Assembly (NCBI GenBank): GCA_963693365.1
Contig: CAVNZM010000004.1
Location: forward strand, 13,377,088-13,441,087
Reading direction: 5' to 3'
Length of the DNA stretch: 64,000 nt
Source of the DNA: Amoebidium appalachense
Lineage: Eukaryota > Protista > Ichthyosporea
Position numbers and translations under genes: made by a program. Of the stretch, positions 32,005-55,539 are shown one piece after another (the stretch's first letter is position 1; each line of letters begins with the position of its first letter). The notes under the pieces were generated by a model, which was given only the letters and a program-made list of their open reading frames with translations, ran no database searches and was not told the origin of the DNA.

Positions 32005-33289
32005 AAACACACACGCACACACACACACACACACACACATGCACATGCAAGCACACAACCGTGCACCCACACTGGCACACACACAAACGCCACACACACG
32101 CACACGCACACACGCGCGCGCGCGCGCACACACACACACAACTTGTGCGGCAACTCTAACGCGTGTACATACACACACATGCCATCACGTCAAGACCGAT
32201 ACAAGCACTCATGCACATCACCCGCCGGATTCAGTATGTATGCGTGGTACCATATATTACAACAAGACTTGCCCGTTAAGCCTTAATATTTAGTTAGCGT
32301 ATGATACGTAGCTTCACCCACCTGACACAGAGCTGGACGTCGACGATGGGACCTTCTTATAAAAATAGGTTTGCCAAATAAAGCACACACGTGCAATACA
32401 TCAAATCGCACGACGTGGGGCTGTGCAGACGGCACGGGGCTGTGGGCGTCACACGAAAGAAGAGCATGAATTTTAAGGTGTTTTTTACATATCGATAGCC
32501 CTGGCACGTCTTAAACAGTTGCAGTCTGTCAGTGCGTTGACTATGGCATAACAGAGTTACAGAATGCTAGCAGTACTCGACGCGTTTGTAGTTCTATGCT
32601 CCTTAGCTTGGAAAGCTTCGTCCAGCGTTTAACACTGCTGTGAGTAGTTGCAATAATAAAGAAAAGAGAATTACGTATGAGGACGTCTTCAAGCTATTTG
32701 TGTATTGAGCTAAGGCTGTACGCTTGAGCTTATGAAATAACTGGAAAGGTGCACGTGAACGTTGTCAGTTTTGAATTCGAAGTTGTGTGCCTGTACAGTG
32801 TGTACGTACATGAATAAGCAACACGCACCAGACCTAGACCGTAAATCTAGATCGACTGCCAAACGTCTTGCCAAAGAGTATGTATGGCACCGCTGCTCTT
32901 TGAATCAGATCTTTCTCGTATGGCTGAATCCTGACATATATCTTGAAAGTCACGACAGCATGCCACTCTAATACTAGTGATATATATTAGCTATAGCCGC
33001 ACGTATACGCACGCATTCTGCATGAAGTCAAGTGTGACGGTGGCCCACCACTCCAGTGAGGTCCACCACGGCGGCTGCGTGCAGCCGCGCGCATGCAAAC
33101 CTGACCTGCTCCCTGGAGACTCCTGGACCACAAGCAATTGGTTAAATGATCACCAATAGAAACTAATGACCAAAGTATACCAATCATTGCGCATAACAAT
33201 TTGGCGCCAAATCTTTAGAACACCTGTTATTGGCTAACTTCACACCCAGCAGGATCCCCCAAAACCGCAACAGGACGCCCTCAAAGTGA

Positions 33290-34995
33290 TACCGAGCACC
33301 TCGTATTTATCGATTTTAAGAACGCGTACGACACGGTCGACCTCCCTCGCCTGTGGGCCAAGTTAGCCACTCGCGGTGTCCCATTCCAAATGGGTCGGCT
33401 ACTGGAAGCTATGTTTACGTTTACACGCGGACGAGCGGTGGTTAATGGGCGGCTATCCCCAGGGTTTACCCGCACGCGCGGGGTACTTCAAGGGTCCCTG
33501 CTAAGTCCTCTTCTTTTCAACCTGTATATTGATGATTTAGCCGACACTCTTTCTGCGGCACAAATTGACGGGGGGTTGCCATCCCAGGCTCCTCCCGCCC
33601 TCTTTTTTGCCGACGATATTGTGCTTATGTCATCCGATCCTCTCGAACTACGGCAATACATTCGTGTGGTTGAACATTGGTGCCAGCGCAACGATATGCA
33701 GATTAATGTCAAAAAGTGTGCCCTTTTATCAAAATCGATACCGGCATGGGACGACGTTTGTATTTTCGGCAGTCCCCTCCCTCGCCCAATCGAATACAAG
33801 TATTTGGGGATTCCGGTGGACGAATGGGGCATATGTTTCAAACGGATGATCGACCGTCGGGTGGAGAGTGCAGGCAGGTGTCTTCGGTTATTTCGGGATG
33901 TGTATCTTGCTTCTCTTTCTCATACTGTCCACCTATACAATCGTCTTAGTATATTTCGCACATATATTCGCCCTTTGTCGGAATACGGGTTGCCCTTACT
34001 AGCTATGGCACCCCCTGATACTGTTACTAATGTCCTCAAATCATTAGATGATTTCCATTACACAACTTGTTGTATGTTTCTCACTGGTCTTTCCACACCT
34101 ATCCCTAGACGCCTTTTTGATTCTCTCTACGCACTCACACCACCATCACAACGCGTACACGAATTAGCCCTTAAATTTCACGAGCACATCACCCGCCTGT
34201 CCGCTTGTGCCCCGGACCACCCGCTCTTCCGGCTACACGCATCCCCGCCGGATTCGCCCCTGTACCTCTTCCCTTCCCCATCGTCTCTGCCCATTGCCGA
34301 GCGCTATGTGGAATGGCTGGCGACCCCCCCGGAGGTACGGCTAGATCATAGTGTGAATATGAATAGTTTCAAGTCTATGGCTGATAGATATCTTTTTACT
34401 CTACGTGTTGAGTCCCTTCCGGTGTTAGGACCGCACAAACACCAACTACTAGTAGCCTATATGGCGGATACGGTTAGAGAGTCTCGTTCATACATAGATT
34501 CGTTTATTCGTAATGTGGTGTGGTGTAAAAACGCAAAGATGATTATGGCTTGGCGGTGTAATCGGTTTCTGGTGTCTCCTGCTCGTATGTGTAATATGTG
34601 TGGGGGGCGGTTTACTCGCGGCTGCATATCTATCAATAAATGCAACCTGTTAGCTAATGTATTAGAACCGGAGGTTATTGGCGGTTTTATTCTCTTTTCT
34701 TCATCTCTTCCTCAATATATCCGTTTTAAGATGACTATCCTAGATCACCTTATTAATGCTGCACAGTATGATATTGTGATCCGGTGCCTTAACTTTCTGT
34801 CGGAGCTACCGATGCTAGCATCTGCTTACCCATAATATGTAATAGGGGTGTCAGATCCTACGATGGCGCTCATTGTTGCCTAGCATGTACATGTCACTGG
34901 CTGCATTTGATTGGCTGTGCTGGAAAACGCAGTAGGCCGTCGAATGTGGCTGGGCCTCCGGCAATGTCCACGCAATAAAAAGTGTGTAAACCCCC
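33290..34995 (+). mobile_element. 5'-truncated non-LTR retrotransposon, family A (RT + C-terminal Cys domain)
   Basis: Frame continuous from HLVFIDFKNAYDTV through RGVLQGSLLSPLLFNLYIDD, FFADD and YKYLG to WRCNRF..CNMCGGRF (stop at 34835); 3' UTR ends AATAAAAAGTGTGTAAACCCCC; imperfect TSD gacgccMtcaa..tga. Confidence 0.93.
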
Positions 34996-35039
34996 GACGC
35001 CATCAATTGAAGCAAAAGGAGTTGCCGCGCGGCTATTTT

Positions 35040-36739
35040 TTTTTCTTTTGACTGGATTTATTCGACGGAAAGATATGCAAGTATGCACGGCATACTGAGA
35101 AGACAATAAAAACTTCACGAGTTATCCAGTAACAAGTGCATACTGAGATACCTGTACACTGTGTGAAAATCATATAAATACTCAATGTGACGACCAACAG
35201 AATTCAACAAAAAGTCTAAAGTGGTCACATTGCCAGCCAGTGTAGCAGACACCCGTAGGGAAAGAGGTAAAACGCGACATAAAAACTCACACCTACCAAC
35301 ATGCTTGCGATTAAAAGGTTCAGCACAAAAGTGGCACCAGCGGCGATGAAAACAAAAATTACAACGCCACTGCACAACTTCCCAGGCAATATTAACATCA
35401 GAGCACCATGCAGACTTATCTACTAGGGTGGTATCCATACGTACAGCAGGAGAAATATATCCTGCCAAAGCTCCCAAAAAGCGATAATGATCAGTACGGT
35501 GTTGTCTAAGGAACATAACACAAGCCGACTGAGTTTTACCTTTGTTTTCTCTATCAGAACGAGAAAGAAACTTATACTGCGCATGGTAATAACGCGAAAT
35601 TTTAAAGGCAGAAAAAACAGGAAGAGAAAAGAAAGAGGGAGTGAGATAGCGAGAGGAAGAATCAGGTTGAAAGAGGGTAGGCTGAGGACATTCAGAAGTA
35701 GCGTTGGTGAATCGGGGGGGAAGAGGAATGGAGGGAGGGGGGGAAAAAGAAAGCATAGAGAGGGTGACCATCAGGTATCCTAACTAAATGTCCTCCATAC
35801 GGCAAACAGCAGACGACAATCCAAACATATTGATTAAGGGAGGCACAAACCGAGTACGAAACAAAGTGCGCAGCGCAGTACCCTGAAAATCGTCGAACTC
35901 TTTCAGCGCCACGGCCGCCTCGTGAGGTGGGGTGCAGGCCAAGAGCGGAAGTCCATATTCGAAAGTCGGCCGTAAAAAAGTTTTATAGTAGAGAAGAAGG
36001 TTCGCAGGATGGATCACAGACTCCCGTTGAAACATATATTTGACACGATGTGAAGCATACCCTTCGCACGAGCGATCGATCCGTGCCGTGAGGAGCATGC
36101 GGAAATCAGTACCCCGTGAAGTAAAAGGAATACCCAAATAGTCATAGGTGCTCTGAACAGGAATAGGAAGACCGGCCAATCGAAAGGAAGCGTTTTTCGA
36201 AAAAGTAGCACACTTTGCAATTCCGACTGTCATGAGATTCTCGGTGCACCATTGATCCACCTGACGAAGCATCTGGTGCATGACATCTTCGGTTAAGGAA
36301 CAAAGAACAATATCGTCCACAAAAAGGAGACCCGGTACACGGCGGGTATGCACTTGGCCAAAGGGTTCGAGGGCGCAGGCTATAACGTCAATGAAAACGT
36401 CAAACACAAACGGACTCAGGAGGGACCCCTGCAGAAGACCCCGAGAACGGGAAAAACCGGGTGTTAATGTTCCATTGACCGCCGCCCGTCCGCGAGTGGT
36501 ATCGAACAGCGCTTGCAGAAGACGGCCAAAGGGGGCTGGTAAGCCCCGCATAGCCAGCTTATGCCATAACAAACCAGTGGGTACGGTGTCGTAGGCGTTC
36601 TTAAGGTCGATGAAGACAACGTGCGGAGAGCCAGAAGCAATGGATTCATGGAGTAACAGGCTGTGAGTATAACACGAATAGGCATGACGAAAGCCCCCTT
36701 GAAGGGAAGAAAGACGGAACACGGCGTTTAAAGAATCGT
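35040..36739 (-). mobile_element. 5'-truncated non-LTR retrotransposon, family B, with one in-frame stop (35784-35786)
   Basis: LQGGFR, FIDLKNAYDTV, GLLQGSLLSP, FVDD, YDYLG and WRCNFCFHRRWCHFCAEPFNRKH; poly-A tail; exact 10-bp TSD CGGCTATTTT at 35030-35039 and 36740-36749. Confidence 0.94.
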
Positions 36740-37276
36740 CGGCTATTTTGCATTTAGGATTACTGCGCATTTTGGCACCTGGCGGATCGCCCCCTATTTT
36801 TGTCCGGAGATATTTATTTCCTATTTACTTGCATGATATCTATCCGATATATGTATACCTATCCGGCGCCGGGGGGGACCCCCGTATAATTCATTGGCAA
36901 TATCATAATCTTGCGCCATATTACTATAATATAAAATATCCTGTCATAGTATTCCCAACAATTATGTGTGCCTATTGTTTGATGGCAGATTACTATGCTG
37001 GCTGCGGCCTTTCGAGCCTCACCAATATTAATGTCCTCTGTTGAACTATATATCTTTGAAAATTTGTAGATTTAATGCAATCCAAAATACAACAAGCCCA
37101 GAAAGCAGACACAATTTGATATTGAGTGGATAACACAACTTGCATTTTCCATATGCCTTGTCACGGCGAATATGGACTGGTCATATATTGATATAAGCGG
37201 TATATATTGAGATAATTTTTTGCGTTATTGCAACAAGTTCCAGTGTTGTCCCAGGAAAAAACCGAGAGTTCCAGCT

Positions 37277-37307
<31 letters not shown>

Positions 37308-37829
37308 GGGCACTCTTCTTTTTATTTGCTTCCCAAACCTCCAACTCAAGTGGAACTACAAGGCTTTACTGGTACTTTCTGAAAATTAGCGGTATATTTA
37401 CTTCCGAAAACAGTGTAATTTCCTGCCCTGGTCCCACGGACACTAAATCTCTGTCACAATATCTTAAAGGTCATAGTCTGTTGGGTAATTTAAACAAAAA
37501 CAGCAAACAGCAAACGCAAACCGCTAGCTATAGCTAGCTGAGCGGTGTAACGTACTCAGTGACGGTACTATAATATACTATAATATATACGGGTATCATC
37601 GATATCATGACTGAGGCCCTTGCGGGATTCAAATTGGTGGCACTGTGAGATCCGGCGGAATTGATGATGACTCCGCTGAACCGTTTAGCAGCATGATGCT
37701 TACAAGGTTACAGAAGAAGCCTTGTGTTGTGACCACGTGCACAGTCATATAGTATGTAGTACGGCCTAGTGCTGAGCCTATCCGCTCAAACTGACCGTCG
37801 TATCATATATATATGTCGGGGAGAGAAAA

Positions 37830-38930
<1,101 letters not shown>

Positions 38931-39777
38931 GCCAACGGACCCTGGCACCGTGATCACTTAGTATGAGGCTTGATGATTGCCGATTGGGGATGCCCGTACT
39001 ACCGTGACGCGAGGCTCCGGGCCCGGCCTCAAGACCCCCCCTCCCCCTGAGGCTTCCCCTCCCCCGACCCCCTCCCCCCCCCCCCCCCCCCCCCCCCCCC
39101 GGCCGGGCCCCCTCCCCAGTCTGGCGGCCACCTCGCAAGAACCTCCGGAGCATGGCCACCTATTCTCTCCCACTTCGGGCCCCACCTCCCCCCCCCCCCC
39201 CCCCTCCGGCCCCCCCCCCCCCCCCCCCCCCCCCCCCGGCCATATGCCCCTCACCACCACCCACCCACCCACGCACACACACGCACACACACACGGTCTA
39301 CAAACTCTACAAACTACCGTATGTGCACAGTGGCCCAACTTGAGTCCCCACGAGTCCCTGAGTCTGCGACTCTGCAGGGCCCGTGGGCCCAGAGGCCTGA
39401 TGGAACGACTTGAGTCACTTTACTCACCGAAGTCAGGAGTCATCACTCCGACAATCCTCAACCTACAATATGTACGACTTTGATCGGTGCGCAAAGCGCC
39501 GGTCGCGATGTGTCGCACGCGCACCATCAGAATGACTCGCAAGCATTCTGGAATTTCTGATTGGGCGAATGCTGCTCAGGAATGTTGGACTTCGAACTTG
39601 GGCCGCGGGACCGTGGGTGCCGCGTGAGCCGCTTCACAAGGGGCACGTCTCACTCATCACTCAACGGGAGTCGGAAGCATTTCATGGCTTTTCTTCACTT
39701 GCAAGGTGCTTGAGTGTTTCTAGTAGTGCACTAACCTGAACCTATGTGTGGGCCGTAGTTGGGACATTTTGGCCGTC

Positions 39778-48334
<8,557 letters not shown>

Positions 48335-50629
48335 AAACTCCCCAGGCATATGTTGGCGCAATTAAAGAGTCTTGATAGAGGGGCTATTTGGCTTTGCAAT
48401 TGAAACAGGACTATTTAAATATGGCTGGTTATTTCTGTTAAATGCTTCAGGTTTTTGTACAGGATATGAACTATAACTTAGCAGGAACGCAAGCAAGATT
48501 AAAACCCATTGGGCAGTGAGCTAAGATTACGTTTTTAGCCAAATTAAACATATATGGTTGGACTATGAAGTATTTCATAAGTCTGTTGCACCGAACGACC
48601 TTTTTGTTGTTTGTTGTTGTTGTTGTTGTGCTTTTGCTCGCGCGATTGCTTTAGTGGTTAATTTGAAAACAAAGGGTGTGAACGAATGATCGTTGTGTAA
48701 ATAAGTATGCGTTACCCAGAAAGTTGTTCAACCTATCTCACTGCATTTATGTAGTTGGAGATGTTGCTGTAAACATGTTGTTTAAACTAAACCAAGATGC
48801 AAATTTGTGCGAATGGTGCTCTTGTAAGCTATCCCACTTTGTGGATTAAAAATAATAAACCACCAGTCAGTCGATTCAGCTCCGCTGAAAAGCAGTATAT
48901 TCTTGTATATCTTAGTTATATCTCGATTAACGACGAGATATGGCATATATCCTACGTTTACGGAAAAGTTTCTGGGGTATATAAAAGTAACCCAACGTGT
49001 TGATTGGATGTCAGCCACCTGGGGCTTTAGAACATTAATCGAAACGAAGTCTGAGATGGATTGTCTATTTTCTTTTGTTACTTGAGTGTCTGTTCAGATC
49101 CCAAATCCACGCTGATAGAGTGAATCTGTGTCTGTGATTGATAAGTTCGAGTACTGAGTCACATGTGCCCGGGCCGGTGGAAGAAGAGCAACCCCCTCCT
49201 CCCCCTCCCCCCCCCCCCCCCCTCCCCCTCCCTTCCTCCTGCTGCTCCTCCTTTCCCCCTCGCTCCCACAAAAAAAAAAAAAAAGGGGGGGGGGGGGGGG
49301 GGGCAGGGTAGGAAGAGCATGTTCAGAGGGGAAAGCCTGCAGGTGTACTCCTGCGCATGCATGTTGCGACGGTGTGTGTGCATGTACATGGGTATGTTTG
49401 TGGTGGGTGTACGCGTGTGCTTGCACATACACCTGTGCGTGTGCCTGTGTGTGTGCTGCAGCATGTGTGCGTGTACGTGCGTGCATGTGCATGAGTGTGG
49501 GCTACCTTTATGTGTATCCCGTGCCGTGTGTACACGTGTATGTGATACGTGTCTCCAAATTGGTAGTGGAGACCCCCGGGGGTTTAGGCCCCCCGTCTGG
49601 GGGGAGGGGGGGAGGGGGGGGGGGGGGGAGGGGGGGGAGCCGGGATGGGGGGGGTTTCACATTGATATTGATGCTTTTGGGACTAGGTTGTGTGTTAATC
49701 GACAACACTCTATGCATATACCGTTGAATGCCTCCATAGTAGATCTTTTTTTTTTTTTTCTTTTTAAAAAAATTGCATTTTGCGGTCAAAAAGGTCTTTT
49801 TTTTTTCCTTTCTCCCATTAGGCTACCGGCACCAAACCTGTGGTTGAACGGTTCTGATTTTGTTGTATAATCTACTTTTTATTGCTCATGCCACATGGCA
49901 ACTATTTCAAGTTTAAATCCAAAAATCATCAATATTACTATATCACTTGTACTGAAAACACTCCTGGTTGTCCCAGGCATGCAGATCTTTCTATATTGAT
50001 TAGTTGCAAAAAAGTAATACAAATCAACAGGGTTAAAAACAAAACAACGGTGACTATCCTACCAATATAGTTTCTAAAATTAAGATACGAATCACTTGAT
50101 CAACAAAAACTTTGAATCGCCATAGTGCTAATACTAGTGCATAATGCTAAGCCAAGCACACACGAAAATTATTACATTTGAGAACTATAAACATGGGCAA
50201 TCATTACTGCATGTTCTTGACCACATGTTCATACTATGAACTTATTCGAGGGATAAAATACTTGGGTTATATTTGATACGTTCTACTCTGAAATCAATAG
50301 CCCACCTTAATAGCACTATTACATTCAACTTACATAACGTTCGGGGTTTCCCAAGGTTATTTTTTACCCACATTACGTGTTCAAAACACGCTCTTCACAA
50401 AGGCATCACATGCTTTTGCTGTGCAAATATCCAAAGCAATGCATTAAAAATCGCACAGAACAGTTAAAAAAAATTCGAAACATCGAAACGAAATAGCTTT
50501 GTCATTGAAAGCTGTAGCCCACAAGCGCGTTGAAAAGGGTTTGACGTATCCACCTGCACCATAATCCACGGTTACCAGAAACCCGTTGGGGTTAAACTTC
50601 CCATCAGGGCTCATTAGGCCACCAAGCAG

Positions 50630-50861
50630 CTAGAGAAACTTGATTCCTTGAAAGATGGTGTCTGGTGATGTGTTGTTATCTGGCTGGAAGGTGTACGGCA
50701 TGATGAGGATAGACATGACTGCCACCAGGCCGTAGATGTCGTGCAGCACACGCATGGACACCCTCCCTGCGATCTCCTCCCTCGTGTCCTGACGCTGAAA
50801 CTTGCAGTCAAACACCTGCACCACATGCTTCACGTAAGATTATTGTAACCCCCCCCCCCCC

Positions 50862-50944
<83 letters not shown>

Positions 50945-52254
50945 TACCACCAACCACCACAACTCTAGGCACACGCACGCAGAAAAAAGCTCGGTGTTTG
51001 AGAAAGAGACAAGGAGTCCGTGCTTAGGGGAAAGAATTGAGAGAGTCAAGTTTCATCATAGAAATCAAGGGGGACTCGGAGTACACAACCAAAGAAGAAA
51101 GAAAGGAGGAATCATAGCTTTAGAAAATTAATACATAAAGGAGGGAGTAAAGTGTTAGAAAAGAGATAAAGGAGGGAGTAAAGTGTTAGAAAAGAAATAA
51201 AGGAGGGAGTTAAGTGTTAGGAAGGATATTAGGGAGGGTGGGGGGGTTTCCTTGGCAATTCAGAGGTTAATGCCTGTGCAGGGAAGCATGCTTAGCAGTA
51301 TTTACAATTACCACGGCTGCAAAGTGTATTTCTGCATGTGGGTGTAATAGTGCAGTATTTAAAAAAGGATATATGAAAGTAGTACGTCATTGTACCTGTA
51401 TAAGACGAATACGTAGTCGGCAATGTGTAGGGCTGGTTGCCTTCTACTGTGTGTGTGTGAGGGCACCCCGCTCGGGGACGGGAGGGGTGGGGCAGAGGAG
51501 GAGGAGAGTTAGAGGGAGGGGGGAGGGAGGGAGGGGGGGGATGCACACCACGTTGTATGGAACGCCGGGGGCATGAAGAATGCCTACTGAGATCTTGACG
51601 AAGTTGTAGATGCTGTCCGATGTGAGGAACTGTTTGGGGGGGGGGGGGGGGGGGGTGAGGTTAGACGTGCTACATACTACCAAGACCATTTCCCTGGCAT
51701 CTCCCTTTCACGATGATTGTTGGCTGGCTGTGCCTGCAAGTAAAAACGACTAAGTATAAGGCTGGCAGCGACAGCCATCAATGAGATCAGTCCATCAGGA
51801 TGTAGTTGCCTGATGGAACAAGTGCTCAGGTAGGATGTTTGCCTTTTTTTTTTTTTTTTTTTTTAATTAAAAAAAAAAAAAAAAAAAAAAAGAAAAAGGC
51901 CAACTCATTGGGTAGCTATCATGCACTGCACTTGGTGATCTGACAGGCTTGACTTTATAAATTTAGTTGTATTTAAGAAGATCACCAGGTTAGGCCTATT
52001 AAGGACCCCCTTACGTGCGAGAAGTCAAATGCAATTTTAATTTAAAGTTGGTGTGTTACCAGAATGATCAGAAACAAATTTATTTATATATGCTCGTAAG
52101 CGAATTGCCACGTGAACCTTTCATGCCCCCCAAGGTTCCAAAAGCAGATCCAAAAGGCTCTGGGTTCTAAGCGGTGCGAACACCTTTACCTCCGCTCTCG
52201 GCGCCCCCTTCCTCCCCCCCTCCCCCCCCCCCCCCTCCCCCCCGGTCCTCCCCC

Positions 52255-52296
<42 letters not shown>

Positions 52297-53942
52297 CCCC
52301 GTCTCCCCCCCCCCCCCCTCCCCTCCGCCCGCCCGTCTCCCCCCCCCCCCCCCCCCTCCCCCACAAAAACACACACCCCTAGACACCCACATCCAGACAC
52401 ACCCACCAACCAACATCCACATCCACATCCACATCCACACACAATCCACACACACACACACACACACCCACCTACCCATCCACCCACACGCCAACCGACC
52501 ACGTGCACCCCCCCACCACTGAATACGGGGAAAATGCACAAAGGGAGAGGGAGAGAAAGATCAAGCTCAGAGACAGAAAAGGCCCGTCCCAAAAAAGTAG
52601 TAGTGGGAAGTGGTGGTGGCGGCAGCGGAGTGGGTGGATGGGGCGAGGGCGGGGGCAGAGGGGGGGAGGGGGGGGGGGGGGGGGGGGGGGGGGAGGGGGG
52701 AGGGGATTGTGTGGTTTGTCTCGTACCTCCAGCACGCTGCACATGAGCACATCCTGGGGGGGCCGTTGGATCATGTCACAGAAGGACTCGGTGGCGTACA
52801 TGACCACCCCCCCCCTGTTGAGCACCAGGCCGGGCAGCAGCATGCCCTCTAGGAACTTGCCGTGCACCTGTCCACCCATGCACCCAGCAACATCAGCACA
52901 CAACCAAAAATATCGACTCCCCTCCCCGCCCTCCCCCCCCCCCCCCCCCCCCCCCCCCCTCCCCCCCCCCAAAAAAAAATAATAATAATAAATAAATAAA
53001 AATTAAAAACTCCTCTACCACCATTGCTTGGCCTACACAAATACATGTAAGTATATCTATAGGATTGGCCAGGTCTCCTCACTTTCAACCTATCCCTCCC
53101 CAACACACACACACACAGACACACGCACGCACACACACACACACAGACACACACACACACATACACACAAGCACAAGCATAGACTGACACACAAATTGCA
53201 GAAAAACAGCACCATTCCTTGTACGCTGAAGCACTAGTCCTGCTTGGACCAACTCATCCACTGCACCTGTGACCATGCCATCATCCTGAGCCCAGGCCCA
53301 CTGCACCAGCACCCACATAACACCAATCATCACCCAGGCAACCAACATCCCATTGGTCCTCAATCACACATCCGACACCACCAAATATTCCATCCGACAC
53401 AACCAAATATTCACTTATGCTCCACCACGCCAACAGCTACCCCGATGCAGGCATACATATGTGAAACATGTGGCCCCATAAAGACACCACCAGAAAGTAC
53501 TGTTTGCACCCACCGCCGCCTGGCGCACATAGGTCTCCTCCAGGTACCACAGGTCACGGTAGTCCAGCTGCAGCTGGATCTCCTGCAGCCAATCAAATCA
53601 GCCCGCTTGAAGATATTTGGCCATTTGATTGGCTTAAAGACCCAACTATTGCAGATTGTGATTTGTGTGGAATACATGTGATGGTGTTCGGTATAGCCGT
53701 CATCATTTTTTTGAGATAGCTACATTGTTTCAAGTTTTTTTACTCGAACACATAGTTTTGTGCTTGAGATCCTACCAGCGCGAGTTGTTTTTACGACACC
53801 CAATTGTACCCCCCCCCCCCCTCCCCCCCTTTTCCCCGGCCTTTTCTTTCTATATTTCTAGTCTTTTCTTTTCTTTGTCTCGTATGTGGTGGTGGTTGTT
53901 TATTTATTTATTTTTTGTTTTTGGCCCCCCTGGGCCAAGGGG

Positions 53943-53980
<38 letters not shown>

Positions 53981-54110
53981 GGGGGTGTTGGCCCTGGATG
54001 TGTGCTCGAAATCTAGAAAGACAGAGACCAAACGAATGGGCAGAGGATTTCTAGACATGCATGAACAAAGATAATCATCCAGGGGGGCAGGGCCGGGGGG
54101 AAGGGGGAGG

Positions 54111-54146
<36 letters not shown>

Positions 54147-54397
54147 GTTGAATTGTGTCCACTGAAAACGGGCTGCAACTCTTCTACCTCTTGCGGAAGT
54201 TCCTAACCAATAATATGTTTTCGCAATTTTCTTCATAATGGGCGAGTCACCCACCATGACCACACACGTGCAGGGGTTTTCAAGGATAAGCACCCAAAAC
54301 ACTACAAACTACGGAGAGAGAAAATGGGGAGGGTGTCTCTAGTTTCTTCTTCTTCTTCTTCTCCTTCTTCTTCTTCTTCTTCTTCATTCTTTTTTTT

Positions 54398-54476
<79 letters not shown>

Positions 54477-54561
54477 TGAATGTGCCATAGAGTACGAAGC
54501 ACACATTCACAACGGACAACACAATGCAGTGTGCAAACCACACTAAAAGAGTATGCATAAA

Positions 54562-54597
<36 letters not shown>

Positions 54598-55180
54598 AAG
54601 GGGGGGCATTACCATGTTGTGCTCCAAGACCGGCAAGAGGCACTTTTCGACATCTTCCATCTCAGTATCCGTCAGACTGTAAAGCACAATTATCAGCTTT
54701 GTTTCAAAGTTATCTGTGACCGTGTTATAGGAAAAGGGAAAAAAAACGAAGTGAGAGAACAGGGAGAATGAGGTGCACTCTTGGCTCGGTGCAGCTAACC
54801 AACACAGGAACTGAGAGGCACAGGAATGGAAAGGAACATGGAGCGATTTTGCAGTTGGGAAAGCAGGGGGGAGGAGGGGGGGGGGGGGGAGGGGGGGATT
54901 GACTCTGACAAAAAAGGCTTGCTTCGAATTTTATGCCGAACACTAGGGCTTTTAGTTAATGCAGTTAAAACATCGGCAACTACAGTTGCATGGCCGGAGA
55001 TCAACAGCGCACCACCAAAAAACAATTGTTTGTGCCAATTTACTTATATGCTTGCACGAAGTAAGAACCTTTAAGCAATCGGGGATGACTGAAGTGAGCT
55101 TTAACCTTCATAACAAGCAAACAGCAACCATTCATCCCTCATTTTCTCTCTCTCTCTCTTTCTCTCTCTTTTTCTTCTTT

Positions 55181-55231
<51 letters not shown>

Positions 55232-55508
55232 TGAGCATGTGAGTGCGTGTATATGTGTTGTATGTGTGCGCGTGAATGTGTTTCGTGGTAATGATGGTCG
55301 CTGTGTGGATGAACCAGCCGTTGACGTGCCAACGGGCGGGCGGGGGGGGGGGGGGGGGGGGGGGGGGATGCAACACGTACGGTCTACCAAGTACAACGGC
55401 ACAACAAAAACTGGCCTTGCAAACCATAACATGGGTGCAAAAACAGAAAGAAAAAATGGTGAACATGAAGGGGTGGGGTGGGGTGGGGGTGTACGTGTAT
55501 GTATGTGT

Positions 55509-55539
<31 letters not shown>

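Noticed and set aside
34930-34975. Ribozyme-like element in the LINE A 3' UTR
   Set aside because: Only a simple AGGCC...GGCCT stem is evident; HDV or hammerhead topology could not be established.
37660-37780. Possible C/D-box snoRNA (ATGATGA...CTGA)
   Set aside because: No terminal stem or recognisable rRNA guide; the short motifs are expected by chance.
48782-49085. AT-rich short ORFs between the PAS paralogues (possible viral or foreign fragment)
   Set aside because: Under 80 aa, overlapping on both strands, with no recognisable motif.
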